DNA from: Squalus acanthias
Taxonomy: Eukaryota
DNA length: 64,000 nucleotides
Direction of reading: 5' to 3'
Assembly: GCA_030390025.1 (NCBI GenBank)
Contig: JASTWF010000034.1
Span: forward strand, 5,146,001-5,210,000
Numbering within the stretch: position 1 is the stretch's first letter; each line of letters opens with the position of its first letter. The position numbers were made by a program, and so were the translations under genes. The notes beneath the pieces were generated by a model. It saw nothing but the letters and a program-made list of their open reading frames with translations, searched no databases and was not told the DNA's origin. Below, one piece after another: positions 50,077 through 62,000 of the stretch.

Positions 50077-50398
50077 ACATGAAGCAGCTTGGCTTCTGAA
50101 ACTAGAAACTGGTGATTGAAATGTGGCTTGGTCTTGTAAAAACATAGGGGAAACAAAAGGAAATTGAATTCGTGAACGACAATCTCTTTTCTGATGCAAC
50201 CCACTAGATCAGAAGAAGCTGCGTGTTCACAGGGCAACACTAATAAATAGATGTTTGTTGGGCCACCGCCATTGTATATTTAATTCATAATTTATACCTG
50301 ATGTGTATACCTGTTGGTGCAAGTAAAGTGTGATAAAATGATGATGTGATTGTGGGTAGCAATACTGTTTTTATTGTTGTTGAAAATAACAATGCAAA

Positions 50399-50470
50399 TA
50401 GCAGAGGATGGTTTCGATCCATCGACCTCTGGGTTATGGGCCCAGCACGCTTCCGCTGCGCCACTCTGCT
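50399..50470 (-). tRNA. TRNAM-CAU: initiator tRNA-Met(CAT), unit 9, intact
   Basis: 72-nt canonical sequence. Confidence 0.96.
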
Positions 50471-51806
50471 GTCGGTTAGCAATTCGCTCGACGCAGGTTT
50501 TTAGGTTTCGATGTCCCACAGGGCTGTGTGTTAGCGAAATAAATTTCAGCATCCAGGATGTTTTGAAAGCGATAGCATGGCCCTCAAATAGCCCAGAGAC
50601 CCGGACACCGCAACAACCGTGTTGGGAGGCTCAAATGGCTGCACAATGTCACAAGGACGCTCAGTATTACACCACCCACAATGGGACAGACACAGAATGA
50701 GACACAGAAAACCAGCAAGGGTATGTCAGGCCACACAAAGGGAAGGACAGAGAAAGACATTGAGGAAACTAGAGAGAGCGACACAAACAGACTGAATAAA
50801 ATGAGGGACAGACAGAGACTGAGGGAAAGACCGAGACGGCGAGAGAAACAGAGAGGGAGATAGACAAACAGGGAAACGGAGAGTGAAATGAAGAGAGAGA
50901 CCTGCATGAAGGTGCTTTCTGCTGTGTAAAGTTTTTCCCTGTTGTGTAAAGGCCAACAGCACCATCTGGTGGTGGAGAAGCGGCGCTGCTGGAATGCGTT
51001 GAGAGTTGGGGAAGGCCCAGGCTGCAACAAGTTTGCAGCATTTGCAACTTATGTTGGTGCGAACAAAGTGATTTTTAAGTTGTGTTGCAGCTTTTTGTGT
51101 TTATTGCAAGAAGGAAGTTGCTGGAAGTAAAGCCTAAAGTGTGATAAAAATACCTGCCGCATTGAGTCTGAAATTTACCACAATTATAAGTGGAGGGAAC
51201 AATAGGGAATATTTGCCGTCCTAATCACAAGTTCTTCAGAATAATGGCATGAAAAACACATCTGACTCTCATCCTGAACACAGAGTCCAGCTCACCAAAT
51301 GTTTATACAGAATGGATCTTCTCTTCCCGTTGTCTTAATGTAACTTTCACTGTCTGGATAGGTTAGATTGAAAAAACATATTCGTGTTATATAAATCGGA
51401 TTGTAGCAGAGGAGCAGATGGGAGGTGCTGTTCAAACGGTAAGTTTGTAAGGGCGAACGGGGAAACGACGGCGAGATGGTGTTTGCGAGAGTGACAGCAA
51501 TGGTGAGCGCGTTTGACAGATTGCAAGAAATGAATATGTGAAAGTGGTGTACATCTGAATACGTGAGACGCAGCAGGTGTGGAGACGAGTGAGTGAACGG
51601 TCTGAATCAGTTGGTTGGGTGACAGTGTTTGCCGTGTTCGGTTTAGGCCAATTATGGAACCGTGGAAATTCTGCAAATCGTATCTGCCTGTCAATAACAA
51701 CTGAAGGACAAAGGTGAAGAAGTGACATAATACTGACCAAAACAGGCCCACCTGCACGATTTTCTGCTGCTGAGGAAGCGACGAAATTTGTGAATGCCGC
51801 AATATC

Positions 51807-51888
51807 TGGCAGCGGTGGGACCCGAACCCACGCCCCCGCAGAGACTGGAGCCTAAATCCAGCGCCTTAGACCGCTCGGCCACGCTACC
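51807..51888 (-). tRNA. TRNAL-UAG: tRNA-Leu(TAG), unit 10 (T-loop TTCGGGT, A58>G, B-box damaged)
   Basis: Plus strand GGGACCCGAACCC. Confidence 0.78.
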
Positions 51889-52218
51889 ACATGAAGCAGC
51901 TTGGCTTCTGAAACTAGAAACTGGTGATTGAAATGTGGCTTGGTCTTGTAAAAACAGAGGGGAAACAAAAGGAAATTGAATTCGTGAACGACAATCTCTT
52001 TTCTGATGCAACCCACTAGATCAGAAGAAGCTGCGTGTTCACAGGGCAACACTAATAAATAGATGTTTGTTGGGCCACCGCCATTGTATATTTAATTCAT
52101 AATTTATACCTGTTGTGTATTGCAAGCAGGACGTTGGTGCAAGTAAAGTGTGATAAAATTATGATGTGATTGTGGGTAGCAACACTGTTTTTATTGTTGT
52201 TGGAAATAACAATGCAAA

Positions 52219-52290
52219 TAGCAGAGGATGGTTTCGATCCATCGACCTCTGGGTTATGGGCCCAGCACGCTTCCGCTGCGCCACTCAGCA
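52219..52290 (-). tRNA. TRNAM-CAU: initiator tRNA-Met variant, unit 10 (11-bp deletion; T4 terminator reduced to T3)
   Basis: Junction CCACTC|AGCAATT; flank TGGAAATAAC. Confidence 0.78.
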
Positions 52291-53616
52291 ATTCGCTCGA
52301 CGCAGGTTTTTAGGTTTCGATGTCCCACAGGGCTGTGTGTTAGCGAAATAAATTTCAGCATCCAGGATGTTTTGAAAGCGATAGCATGGCCCTCAAATAG
52401 CCCAGAGACCCGGACACCGCAACACCCGTGTTGGGAGGCTCAAATGGCTGCACAATGTCACAAGGACGCTCAGTATTACACCACCCACAATGGGACAGAC
52501 ACAGAATGAGACACAGAAAACCAGCAAGGGTATGTCAGGCCACACAAAGGGAAGGACAGAGAAAGACATTGAGGAAACTAGAGAGAGCGACACAAACAGA
52601 CTGAATAAAATGAGGGACAGACAGAGACTGAGGGAAAGACCGAGACGGCGAGAGAAACAGAGAGGGAGATAGACAAACAGGGAAACGGAGAGTGAAATGA
52701 AGAGAGAGACCTGCATGAAGGTGCTTTCTGCTGTGTAAAGTTTTTCCCTGTTGTGTAAAGGCCAACAGCACCATCTGGTGGTGGAGAAGCGGCGCTGCTG
52801 GAATGCGTTGAGAGTTGGGGAAGGCCCAGGCTGCAACAAGTTTGCAGCATTTGCAACTTATTTTGGTGCGAACAAAGTGATTTTTAAGTTGTGTTGCAGC
52901 TTTTTGTGTTTATTGCAAGAAGGAAGTTGCTGGAAGTAAAGCCTAAAGTGTGATAAAAATACCTGCCGCATTGAGTCTGAAATTTACCACAATTATAAGT
53001 GGAGGGAACAATAGGGAATATTTGCCGTCCTAATCACAAGTTCTTCAGAATAATGGCATGAAAAACACATCTGACTCTCATCCTGAACACAGAGTCCAGC
53101 TCACCAAATGTTTATACAGAATGGATCTTCTCTTCCCGTTGTCTTAATGTAACTTTCACTGTCTGGATAGGTTAGATTGAAAAAACATATTCGTGTTATA
53201 TAAATCGGATTGTAGCAGAGGAGCAGATGGGAGGTGCTGTTCAAACGGTAAGTTTGTAAGGGCGAACGGGGAAACGACGGCGAGATGGTGTTTGCGAGAG
53301 TGACAGCAATGGTGAGCGCGTTTGACAGATTGCAAGAAATGAATATGTGAAAGTGGTGTACATCTGAATACGTGAGACGCAGCAGGTGTGGAGACGAGTG
53401 AGTGAACGGTCTGAATCCAGTTGGTTGGGTGACAGTGTTTGCCGTGTTCGGTTTAGGCCAATTATGGAACCGTGGAAATTCTGCAAATCGTATCTGCCTG
53501 TCAATAACAACTGAAGGACAAAGGTGAAGAAGTGACATAATACTGACCAAAACAGGCCCACCTGCACGATTTTCTGCTGCTGAGGAAGCGACGAAATTTG
53601 TGAATGCCGCAATATC

Positions 53617-53698
53617 TGGCAGCGGTGGGACCCGAACCCACGCCCCCGCAGAGACTGGAGCCTAAATCCAGCGCCTTAGACCGCTCGGCCACGCTACC
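53617..53698 (-). tRNA. TRNAL-UAG: tRNA-Leu(TAG), unit 11 (A58>G as in unit 10)
   Basis: Plus strand GGGACCCGAACCC. Confidence 0.78.
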
Positions 53699-54027
53699 AC
53701 ATGAAGCAGCTTGGCTTCTGAAACTAGAAACTGGTGATTGAAATGTGGCTTGGTCTTGTAAAAACAGAGGGGAAACAAAAGGAAATTGAATTCGTGAACG
53801 ACAATCTCTTTTCTGATGCAACCCACTAGATCAGAAGAAGCTGCGTGTTCACAGGGCAACACTAATAAATAGATGTTTGTTGGGCCACCGCCATTGTATA
53901 TTTAATTCATAATTTATACCTGTTGTGTATTGCAAGCAGGACGTTGGTGCAAGTAAAGTGTGATAAAATTATGATGTGATTGTGGGTAGCAACACTGTTT
54001 TTATTGTTGTTGAAATAACAATGCAAA

Positions 54028-54099
54028 TAGCAGAGGATGGTTTCGATCCATCGACCTCTGGGTTATGGGCCCAGCACGCTTCCGCTGCGCCACTCAGCA
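54028..54099 (-). tRNA. TRNAM-CAU: initiator tRNA-Met variant, unit 11 (11-bp deletion; T3 terminator)
   Basis: Junction CCACTC|AGCAATT; flank TGAAATAAC. Confidence 0.78.
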
Positions 54100-55442
54100 A
54101 TTCGCTCGACGCAGGTTTTTAGGTTTCGATGTCCCACAGGGCTGTGTGTTAGCGAAATAAATTTCAGCATCCAGGATGTTTTGAAAGCGATAGCATGGCC
54201 CTCAAATAGCCCAGAGACCCGGACACCGCAACACCCGTGTTGGGAGGCTCAAATGGCTGCACAATGTCACAAGGACGCTCAGTATTACACCACCCACAAT
54301 GGGACAGACACAGAATGAGACACAGAAAACCAGCAAATGTATGTCAGGCCACACAAAGGGAAGGACAGAGAAAGACATTGAGGAAACTAGAGAGGAGCGA
54401 CACAAACAGACTGAATAAAATGAGGGACAGACAGAGACTGAGGGAAAGACCGAGACGGCGAGAGAAACAGAGAGGGAGATAGACAAACAGGGCAACGGAG
54501 AGTGAAATGAAGAGAGAGACCTGCATGAAGGTGCTTTCTGCTGTGTAAAGTTTTTCCCTGTTGTGTAAAGGCCAACAGCACCATCTGGTGGTGGAGAAGC
54601 GGCGCTGCTGGAATGCGTTGAGAGTTGGGGAAGGCCCAGGCTGCAACAAGTTTGCAGCATTTGCAACTTATTTTGGTGCGAACAAAGTGATTTTTAAGTT
54701 GTGTTGCAGCTTTTTGTGTTTATTGCAAGAAGGAAGTTGCTGGAAGTAAAGCCTAAAGTGTGATAAAAAATACCTGCCGCATTGAGTCTGATATTTACCA
54801 CAATTATAAGTGGAGGGAACAATAGGGAATATTTGCCGTCCTAATCACAAGTTCTTCAGAATAATGGCATGAAAAACACATCTGACTCTCATTCTGAACA
54901 CAGAGTCCAGCTCACCAAATGTTTATACAGAATGGATCTTCTCTTCCCGTTGTCTTAATGTAACTTTCACTGTCTGGATAGGTTAGATTGAAAAACATAT
55001 TCGTGTTATATAAATCGGATTGTAGCAGAGGAGCAGATGGGAGGTGCTGTTCAAACGGTAAGTTTGTAAGGGCGAACGGGGAAACGACGGCGAGATGGTG
55101 TTTGCGAGAGTGACAGCAATGGTGAGCGCGTTTGACAGATTGCAAGAAATGGAAGAAACAAATATGTGAAAGTGGTGTACATCTGAATACGTGAGACGCA
55201 GCAGGTGTGGAGACGAGTGAGTGAACGGTCTGAATCCAGTTGGTTGGGTGACGGTGTATGCCGTGTTCGGTGCAGGGTTCAGGCCAATTATGGAACCAAG
55301 GAAATTCTGCAAATCGTGTCTGCCTGTCAATAACAACTGAAGGACAAAGGTGAAGATGTGACATAATACTGAACAAAACAGCCCTGCCTGCACGGTGTCC
55401 TGCCGCTGACGAAGCGACGAAATTTATGAATGTCGCAATATC

Positions 55443-55523
55443 TGGCAGCGGTGGGATTCGAACTCTGCTCATGGAGAGACTGGAGCCTAAATCCCGCGCC
55501 TTAGACCGCTCGGCCACGCTTCC
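55443..55523 (-). pseudogene. tRNA-Leu(TAG) pseudogene, unit 12
   Basis: Variable arm/T-stem segment replaced (AACTCTGCTCATGGAGAG versus AACCCACGCCCCCGCAGAG), plus anticodon-stem and acceptor-stem substitutions. Confidence 0.78.
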
Positions 55524-55853
55524 ACATGAAGCAACTTGGCTTCTGAAACTAGAAACTGGTGATTGAAATGCGGCTTGGTCTTGTAAAAACAAAGGGGAAA
55601 CAAAAGGAAATTAAATTCGTGAACGCCAATCTCTTTTCTGATGCAACCCACTAGATCAGAAGAAGCTACTTGTTCACAGGGCAACACTAATAAATAGATG
55701 TTTGTTGGACCACCGCCATTGTCTATTTAATTCATAATTTATACCTGTTGTGTATTGCAAGCAGGACGTTGGTGCAAGTAAAGTGTGATAAAATTATGAT
55801 GTGATTGTGGGTAGCAATACTGCTTTTATTGTTGTTGAAAATAACAATGCAAA

Positions 55854-55925
55854 TAGCAGAGGATGGTTTCGATCCATCGACCTCTGGGTTATGGGCCCAG
55901 CACGCTTCCGCTGCGCCACTCTGCT
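55854..55925 (-). tRNA. TRNAM-CAU: initiator tRNA-Met(CAT), unit 12, intact
   Basis: 72-nt canonical sequence. Confidence 0.96.
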
Positions 55926-57274
55926 GTCGGTTAGCAGTTCGCTCGAAGCAGGTTTTTAGGTTTCGATGTTCAGGGCTGTGTGTTAGCGAAATAAATTTCA
56001 GCATCCAGGATGTTTTGAAAGCGATAGCATGGCCCTCAAATAGCCCAGAGACCCGGACACCGCAACACCCGTGTTGGGAGGCTCAAATGGCTGCACAATG
56101 TCACAAGGACGCTCAGTATTACACCACCCACAATGGGACAGACACAGAATGAGACACAGAAAACCAGCAAGGGTATGTCAGGCCACACAAAGGGAAGGAC
56201 AGAGAAAGAGATTGAGGAAACTAGAGAGAGCGACACAAACAGACTGAATAAAATGAGGGACAGACAGAGACTGAGGGAAAGACCGAGACGGCGAGAGAAA
56301 CAGAGAGGGAGATAGACAAACAGGGAAACGGAGAGTGAAATGAAGAGAGAGACCTGCATGAAGGTGCTTTCTGCTGTGTAAAGTTTTTCCCTGTTGTGTA
56401 AAGGCCAACAGCACCATCTGGTGGTGGAGAAGCGGCGCTGCTGGAATGCGTTGAGAGTTGGGGAAGGCCCAGGCTGCAACAAGTTTGCAGCATTTGCAAC
56501 TTATTTTGGTGCGAACAAAGTGATTTTTAAGTTGTGTTGACAGCTTTTTGTGTTTATTGCAAGAAGGAAGTTGCTGGAAGTAAAGCCTAAAGTGTGATAA
56601 AAATACCTGCCGCATTGAGTCTGAAATTTACCACAATTATAAGTGGAGGGAACAATAGGGAATATTTGCCGTCCTAATCACAAGTTCTTCAGAATAGTGG
56701 CATGAAAAACACATCTGACTCTCATCCTGAACACAGAGTCCAGCTCACCAAATGTTTATACAGAATGGATCTTCTCTTCCCGTTGTCTTAATGTAACTTT
56801 CACTGTCTGGATAGGTTAGATTGAAAAAACATATTCGTGTTATATAAATCGGATTGTAGCAGAGGAGCAGATGGGAGGTGCTGTTCAAACGGTAAGTTTG
56901 TAAGGGCGAACGGGAAAACGACGGCGAGATGGTGTTTGCGAGAGTGACAGCAATGGTGAGCGTGTTTGACAGATTGCAAGAAATGGAAGAAACAAATATG
57001 TGAAAGTGGTGTACATCTGAATACGTGAGACGCAGCAGGTGTGGAGACGAGTGAGTGAACGGTCTGAATTCAGTTGGTTGGGTGACAGTGTTTGCCGTGT
57101 TCGGTGCTGGTTACGCCAATTATGGAACCGTGGAAATTCTGCAAATCGTATCTGCCTGTCAAGAACAACTGAAGGACAAAGGTGAAGAAGTGACATAATA
57201 CTGAACAAAACAGGCCCACCTGCACGATTTTCTGCTGCTGACGAAGCGACGAAATTTATGAATGCCGCAATATC

Positions 57275-57356
57275 TGGCAGCGGTGGGATTCGAACCCACG
57301 CCCCCGCAGAGACTGGAGCCTAAATCCAGCGCTTTCGACCGCTCGGCCACGCTACC
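57275..57356 (-). tRNA. TRNAL-UAG: tRNA-Leu(TAG), unit 13 (same D-arm variant as unit 6)
   Basis: Plus strand CAGCGCTTTCGACC. Confidence 0.82.
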
Positions 57357-57686
57357 ACATGAAGCAGCTTGGCTTCTGAAACTAGAAACTGGTGATTGAA
57401 ATGTGGCTTGGTCTTGTAAAAACATAGGGGAAACAAAAGGAAATTGAATTCGTGAACGACAATCTCTTTTCTGATGCAACCCACTAGATCAGAAGAAGCT
57501 GCCTGTTCACAGGGCAACACTAATAAATAGATGTGTGTTGGGCCACCGCCATTGTATATTTAATTCATAATTTATACCTGTTGTGTATTGCAAGCAGGAC
57601 GTTGGTGCAAGTAAAGTGTGATAAAATGATGATGTGATTGTGGGTAGCAACACTGTTTTTATTGTTGTTGCAAATAACAATGCAAA

Positions 57687-57758
57687 TAGCAGAGGATGGT
57701 TTCGATCCATCGACCTCTGGGTTATGGGCCCAGCACGCTTCCGCTGCGCCACTCAGCA
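57687..57758 (-). tRNA. TRNAM-CAU: initiator tRNA-Met variant, unit 13 (11-bp deletion; T3 terminator)
   Basis: Junction CCACTC|AGCAATT; flank TGCAAATAAC. Confidence 0.78.
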
Positions 57759-58507
57759 ATTCGCGCGACGCAGGTTTTTATGTTTCGATGTCCCACAGGG
57801 CTGTGTGTTAGCGAAATAAATTTCAGCATCCAGGATGTTTTGAAAGCGATAGCATGGCCCTCAAATAGCCCAGAGACCCGGACACCGCAACAACCGTGTT
57901 GGGAGGCTCAAATGGCTGCACAATGTCACAAGGACGCTCAGTATTACACCACCCACAATGGGACAGACACAGAATGAGACACAGAAAACCAGCAAGGGTA
58001 TGTCAGGCCACACAAAGGGAAGGACAGAGAAAGACATTGAGGAAACTAGAGAGAGCGACACAAACAGACTGAATAAAATGAGGGACAGACAGAGACTGAG
58101 GGAAAGACCGAGACGGCGAGAGAAACAGAGAGGGAGATAGACAAACAGGGAAACGGAGAGTGAAATGAAGAGAGAGACCTGCATGAAGGTGCTTTCTGCT
58201 GTGTAAAGTTTTTCCCTGTTGTGTAAAGGCCAACAGCACCATCTGGTGGTGGAGAAGCGGCGCTGCTGGAATGCGTTGAGAGTTGGGGAAGGCCCAGGCT
58301 GCAACAAGTTTGCAGCATTTGCAACTTATTTTGGTGCGAACAAAGTGATTTTTAAGTTGTGTTGCAGCTTTTTGTGTTTATTGCAAGAAGGAAGTTGCTG
58401 GAAGTAAAGCCTAAAGTGTGATAAAAATACCTGCCGCATTGAGTCTGAAATTTACCACAATTATAAGTGGAGGGAACAATAGGGAATATTTGCCGTCCTA
58501 ATCACAA

Positions 58508-59007
58508 NNNNNNNNNNNNNNNNNNNNNNNNNNNNNNNNNNNNNNNNNNNNNNNNNNNNNNNNNNNNNNNNNNNNNNNNNNNNNNNNNNNNNNNNNNNNN
58601 NNNNNNNNNNNNNNNNNNNNNNNNNNNNNNNNNNNNNNNNNNNNNNNNNNNNNNNNNNNNNNNNNNNNNNNNNNNNNNNNNNNNNNNNNNNNNNNNNNNN
58701 NNNNNNNNNNNNNNNNNNNNNNNNNNNNNNNNNNNNNNNNNNNNNNNNNNNNNNNNNNNNNNNNNNNNNNNNNNNNNNNNNNNNNNNNNNNNNNNNNNNN
58801 NNNNNNNNNNNNNNNNNNNNNNNNNNNNNNNNNNNNNNNNNNNNNNNNNNNNNNNNNNNNNNNNNNNNNNNNNNNNNNNNNNNNNNNNNNNNNNNNNNNN
58901 NNNNNNNNNNNNNNNNNNNNNNNNNNNNNNNNNNNNNNNNNNNNNNNNNNNNNNNNNNNNNNNNNNNNNNNNNNNNNNNNNNNNNNNNNNNNNNNNNNNN
59001 NNNNNNN
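58508..59007. other. Assembly gap (500 N)
   Basis: Run of N; round length suggests a placeholder of unknown true size. Confidence 0.99.
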
Positions 59008-62000
59008 AAAACTGTCAGTTAATTGTTAAATTGGTATGATAACCAATACACAGGGTAAAACTGTCACAGTTAATGTGTTAATTGGGTATGATAACCAATA
59101 CACAGGTAAAACTGTCACAGTTAATTGTTAAATTGGGTATGATAACCAATACACAGGGTAAAACTGTCAGTTAATTGTTAAATTGGGTATGATAACCAAT
59201 ACACAGGTTAAAACTGTCACAGTTAATTGTTAAATTGGGTATGATAACCAATACACAGGGTTAAACTGTCACAGTTAATTGTTAAATTGGGTATGATAAC
59301 CAATACACAGGGTAAAACTGTCAGTTAATTGTTAAATTGGGTATGATAACCAATACACAGGGTAAAACTGTCAGTTAATTGTTAAATTGGGTATGATAAC
59401 CAATACACAGGGTAAAACTGTCACAGTTAATTGTTAAATTGGGTATGATAACCAATACACAGGGTTAAAACTGTCAGTTAATTGTTAAATTGGGTATGAT
59501 AACCAATACACAGGGTAAAACTGTCACAGTTAATTGTTAAATTGGGTATGATAACCAATACACAGGGTAAAACTGTCACAGTTAATTGTTAAATTGGGTA
59601 TGATAACCAATACACAGGAAAAACTGTCACAGTTAATTGTTAAATTGGGTATGATAACCAATACACAGGGTAAAACTGTCACAGTTAATTGTTAAATTGG
59701 GTATGATAACCAATACACAGGGTAAAACTGTCACAGTTAATTGTTAAATTGGGTATGATAACCAATACACAGGGTAAAACTGTCACAGTTAATTGTTAAA
59801 TTGGGTATGATAACCAATACACAGGGTAAAACTGTCACAGTTAATTGTTAAATTGGGTATGATAACCAATACACAGGGTAAAACTGTCAGTTAATTGTTT
59901 AAATTGGGTATGATAACCAATACACAGGGTAAAACTGTCAGTTAATTTTTAAATTGGGTATGATAACCAATACACAGGGTAAAACTGTCACAGTTAATTG
60001 TTAAATTGGGTATGATAACCAATACACAGGTAAAACTGTCAGTTAATTGTTAAATTGGGTATGATAACCATACACAGGGTAAAACTGTCACAGTTAATTG
60101 TTAAATTGGGTATGATAACCAATACACAGGGTAAAACTGTCAGTTAATTGTTAAATTGGGTATGATAACCAATACACAGGGTAAAACTGTCAGTTAATTG
60201 TTAAATTGGGTATGAAAACAATACACAGGGTAAAACTGTCACAGTTAATTGTTAAATTGGGTATGATAACCAATACACAGGGTAAAACTGTCACAGTTAA
60301 TTGTTAAATTGGGTATGATAACCAATACACAGGGTAAAACTGTCACAGTTAATTGTTAAATTGGGTATGATAACCAATACACAGGGTAAAACTGTCACAG
60401 TTAATTGTTAAATTGGTATGATAACCAATACACAGGGTAAAACTGTCACAGTTAATTGTTAAATTGGGTATGATAACCAATACACAGGGTAAAACTGTCA
60501 CAGTTAATTGTTAAATTGGGTATGATAACCAATACACAGGGTAAAACTGTCACAGTTAATTGTTAAATTGGGTATGATAACCAATACACAGGGTAAAAAC
60601 TGTCACAGTTAATTGTTAAATTGGGTATGATAACCAATACACAGGGTAAAACTGTCAGTTAATTGTTAAATTGGGTATGATAACCAATACACAGGGTAAA
60701 ACTGTCAGTTAATTGTTAAATTGGGTATGATAACCAATACACAGGGTAAAACTGTCACAGTTAATTGTTAAATTGGTATGATAACCAATACACAGGGTAA
60801 AACTGTCACAGTTAATTGTTAAATTGGGTATGATAACCAATACACAGGTAAAAACTGTCACAGTTAATTGTTAAATTGGGTATGATAACCAATACACAGG
60901 GTAAAACTGTCACAGTTAATTGTTAAATTGGGTATGATAACCAATACACAGGGTAAAACTGTCACAGTTAATTGTTAAATTGGGTATGATAACCAATACA
61001 CAGGGTAAAACTGTTACAGTTAATTGTTAAATTGGGTATGATAACCAATACACAGGTAAACCGTCAGTTAATTGTTAAATTGGGTATGATAACCAATACA
61101 CAGGGTAAAACTGTCACAGTTAATTGTTAAATTGGGTATGATAACCAATACACAGGGTAAAACTGTCACAGTTAATTGTTAAATTGGGTATGATAACCAA
61201 TACACAGGGTAAAACTGTCACAGTTAATTGTTAAATTGGGTATGATAACCAATACACAGTGTAAAACTGTCACAGTTAATTGTTAAATTGGTATGATAAC
61301 CAATACACAGGTAAAACTGTCACAGTTAATTGTTAAATTGGGTATGATAACCAATACACAGGGTAAAACTGTCACAGTTAATTGTTAAATTGGGTATGAT
61401 AACCAATACACAGGTAAAACTGTCACAGTTAATTGTTAAATTGGGTATGATAACCAATACACAGGGTAAAACTGTCAGTTAATTGTTAAATTGGGTATGA
61501 TAACCAATACACAGGGTAAAACTGTCACAGTTAATTGTTAAATTGGGTATGATAACCAATACACAGGGTAAAACTGTCAGTTAATTGTTAAATTGGGTAT
61601 GATAACCAATACACAGGGTAAAACTGTCACAGTTAATTGTTAAATTGGGTATGATAACCAATACACAGGGTAAAACTGACTGTCACAGTTAATTGTAAAT
61701 TGGGTAGATAACCAATACACAGGGTAAAACTGTCACAGTTAATTGTTAAATTGGGTATGATAACCAATACACAGGGTAAACTGTCACAGTTAATTGTTAA
61801 ATTGGGTATGATAACCAATACACAGGGTAAAACTGTCAGTTATTGTTAAATTGGGTATGATAACCAATACACAGGGTAAAACTGTCAGTTAATTGTTAAA
61901 TTGGGTATGATAACCAATACACAGGGTAAAACTGTCACAGTTAATTGTTAAATTGGTATGATAACCAATACACAGGGTAAAACTGTCACAGTTAATTGTT

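Larger units (their letters stand above)
34030..58507. repeat. tRNA-Leu/tRNA-iMet macrosatellite: 13 complete units (1885,1826,1837,1837,1837,1837,1826,1826,1828,1809,1809,1834,1825 bp) plus a partial 14th cut by the gap
   Basis: Equivalent ORF-track coordinates 34045,35930,37756,39593,41430,43267,45104,46930,48756,50584,52393,54202,56036,57861; near-identical sequence. Confidence 0.97.

Noticed and set aside
34045..58407. Recurring 60-230-aa ORFs in the array units
   Set aside because: No recognisable domain; they overlap tRNA genes or GA-rich spacer and change length or frame between units.
58467..59039. 190-aa ORF
   Set aside because: Artefact of reading through the N gap.
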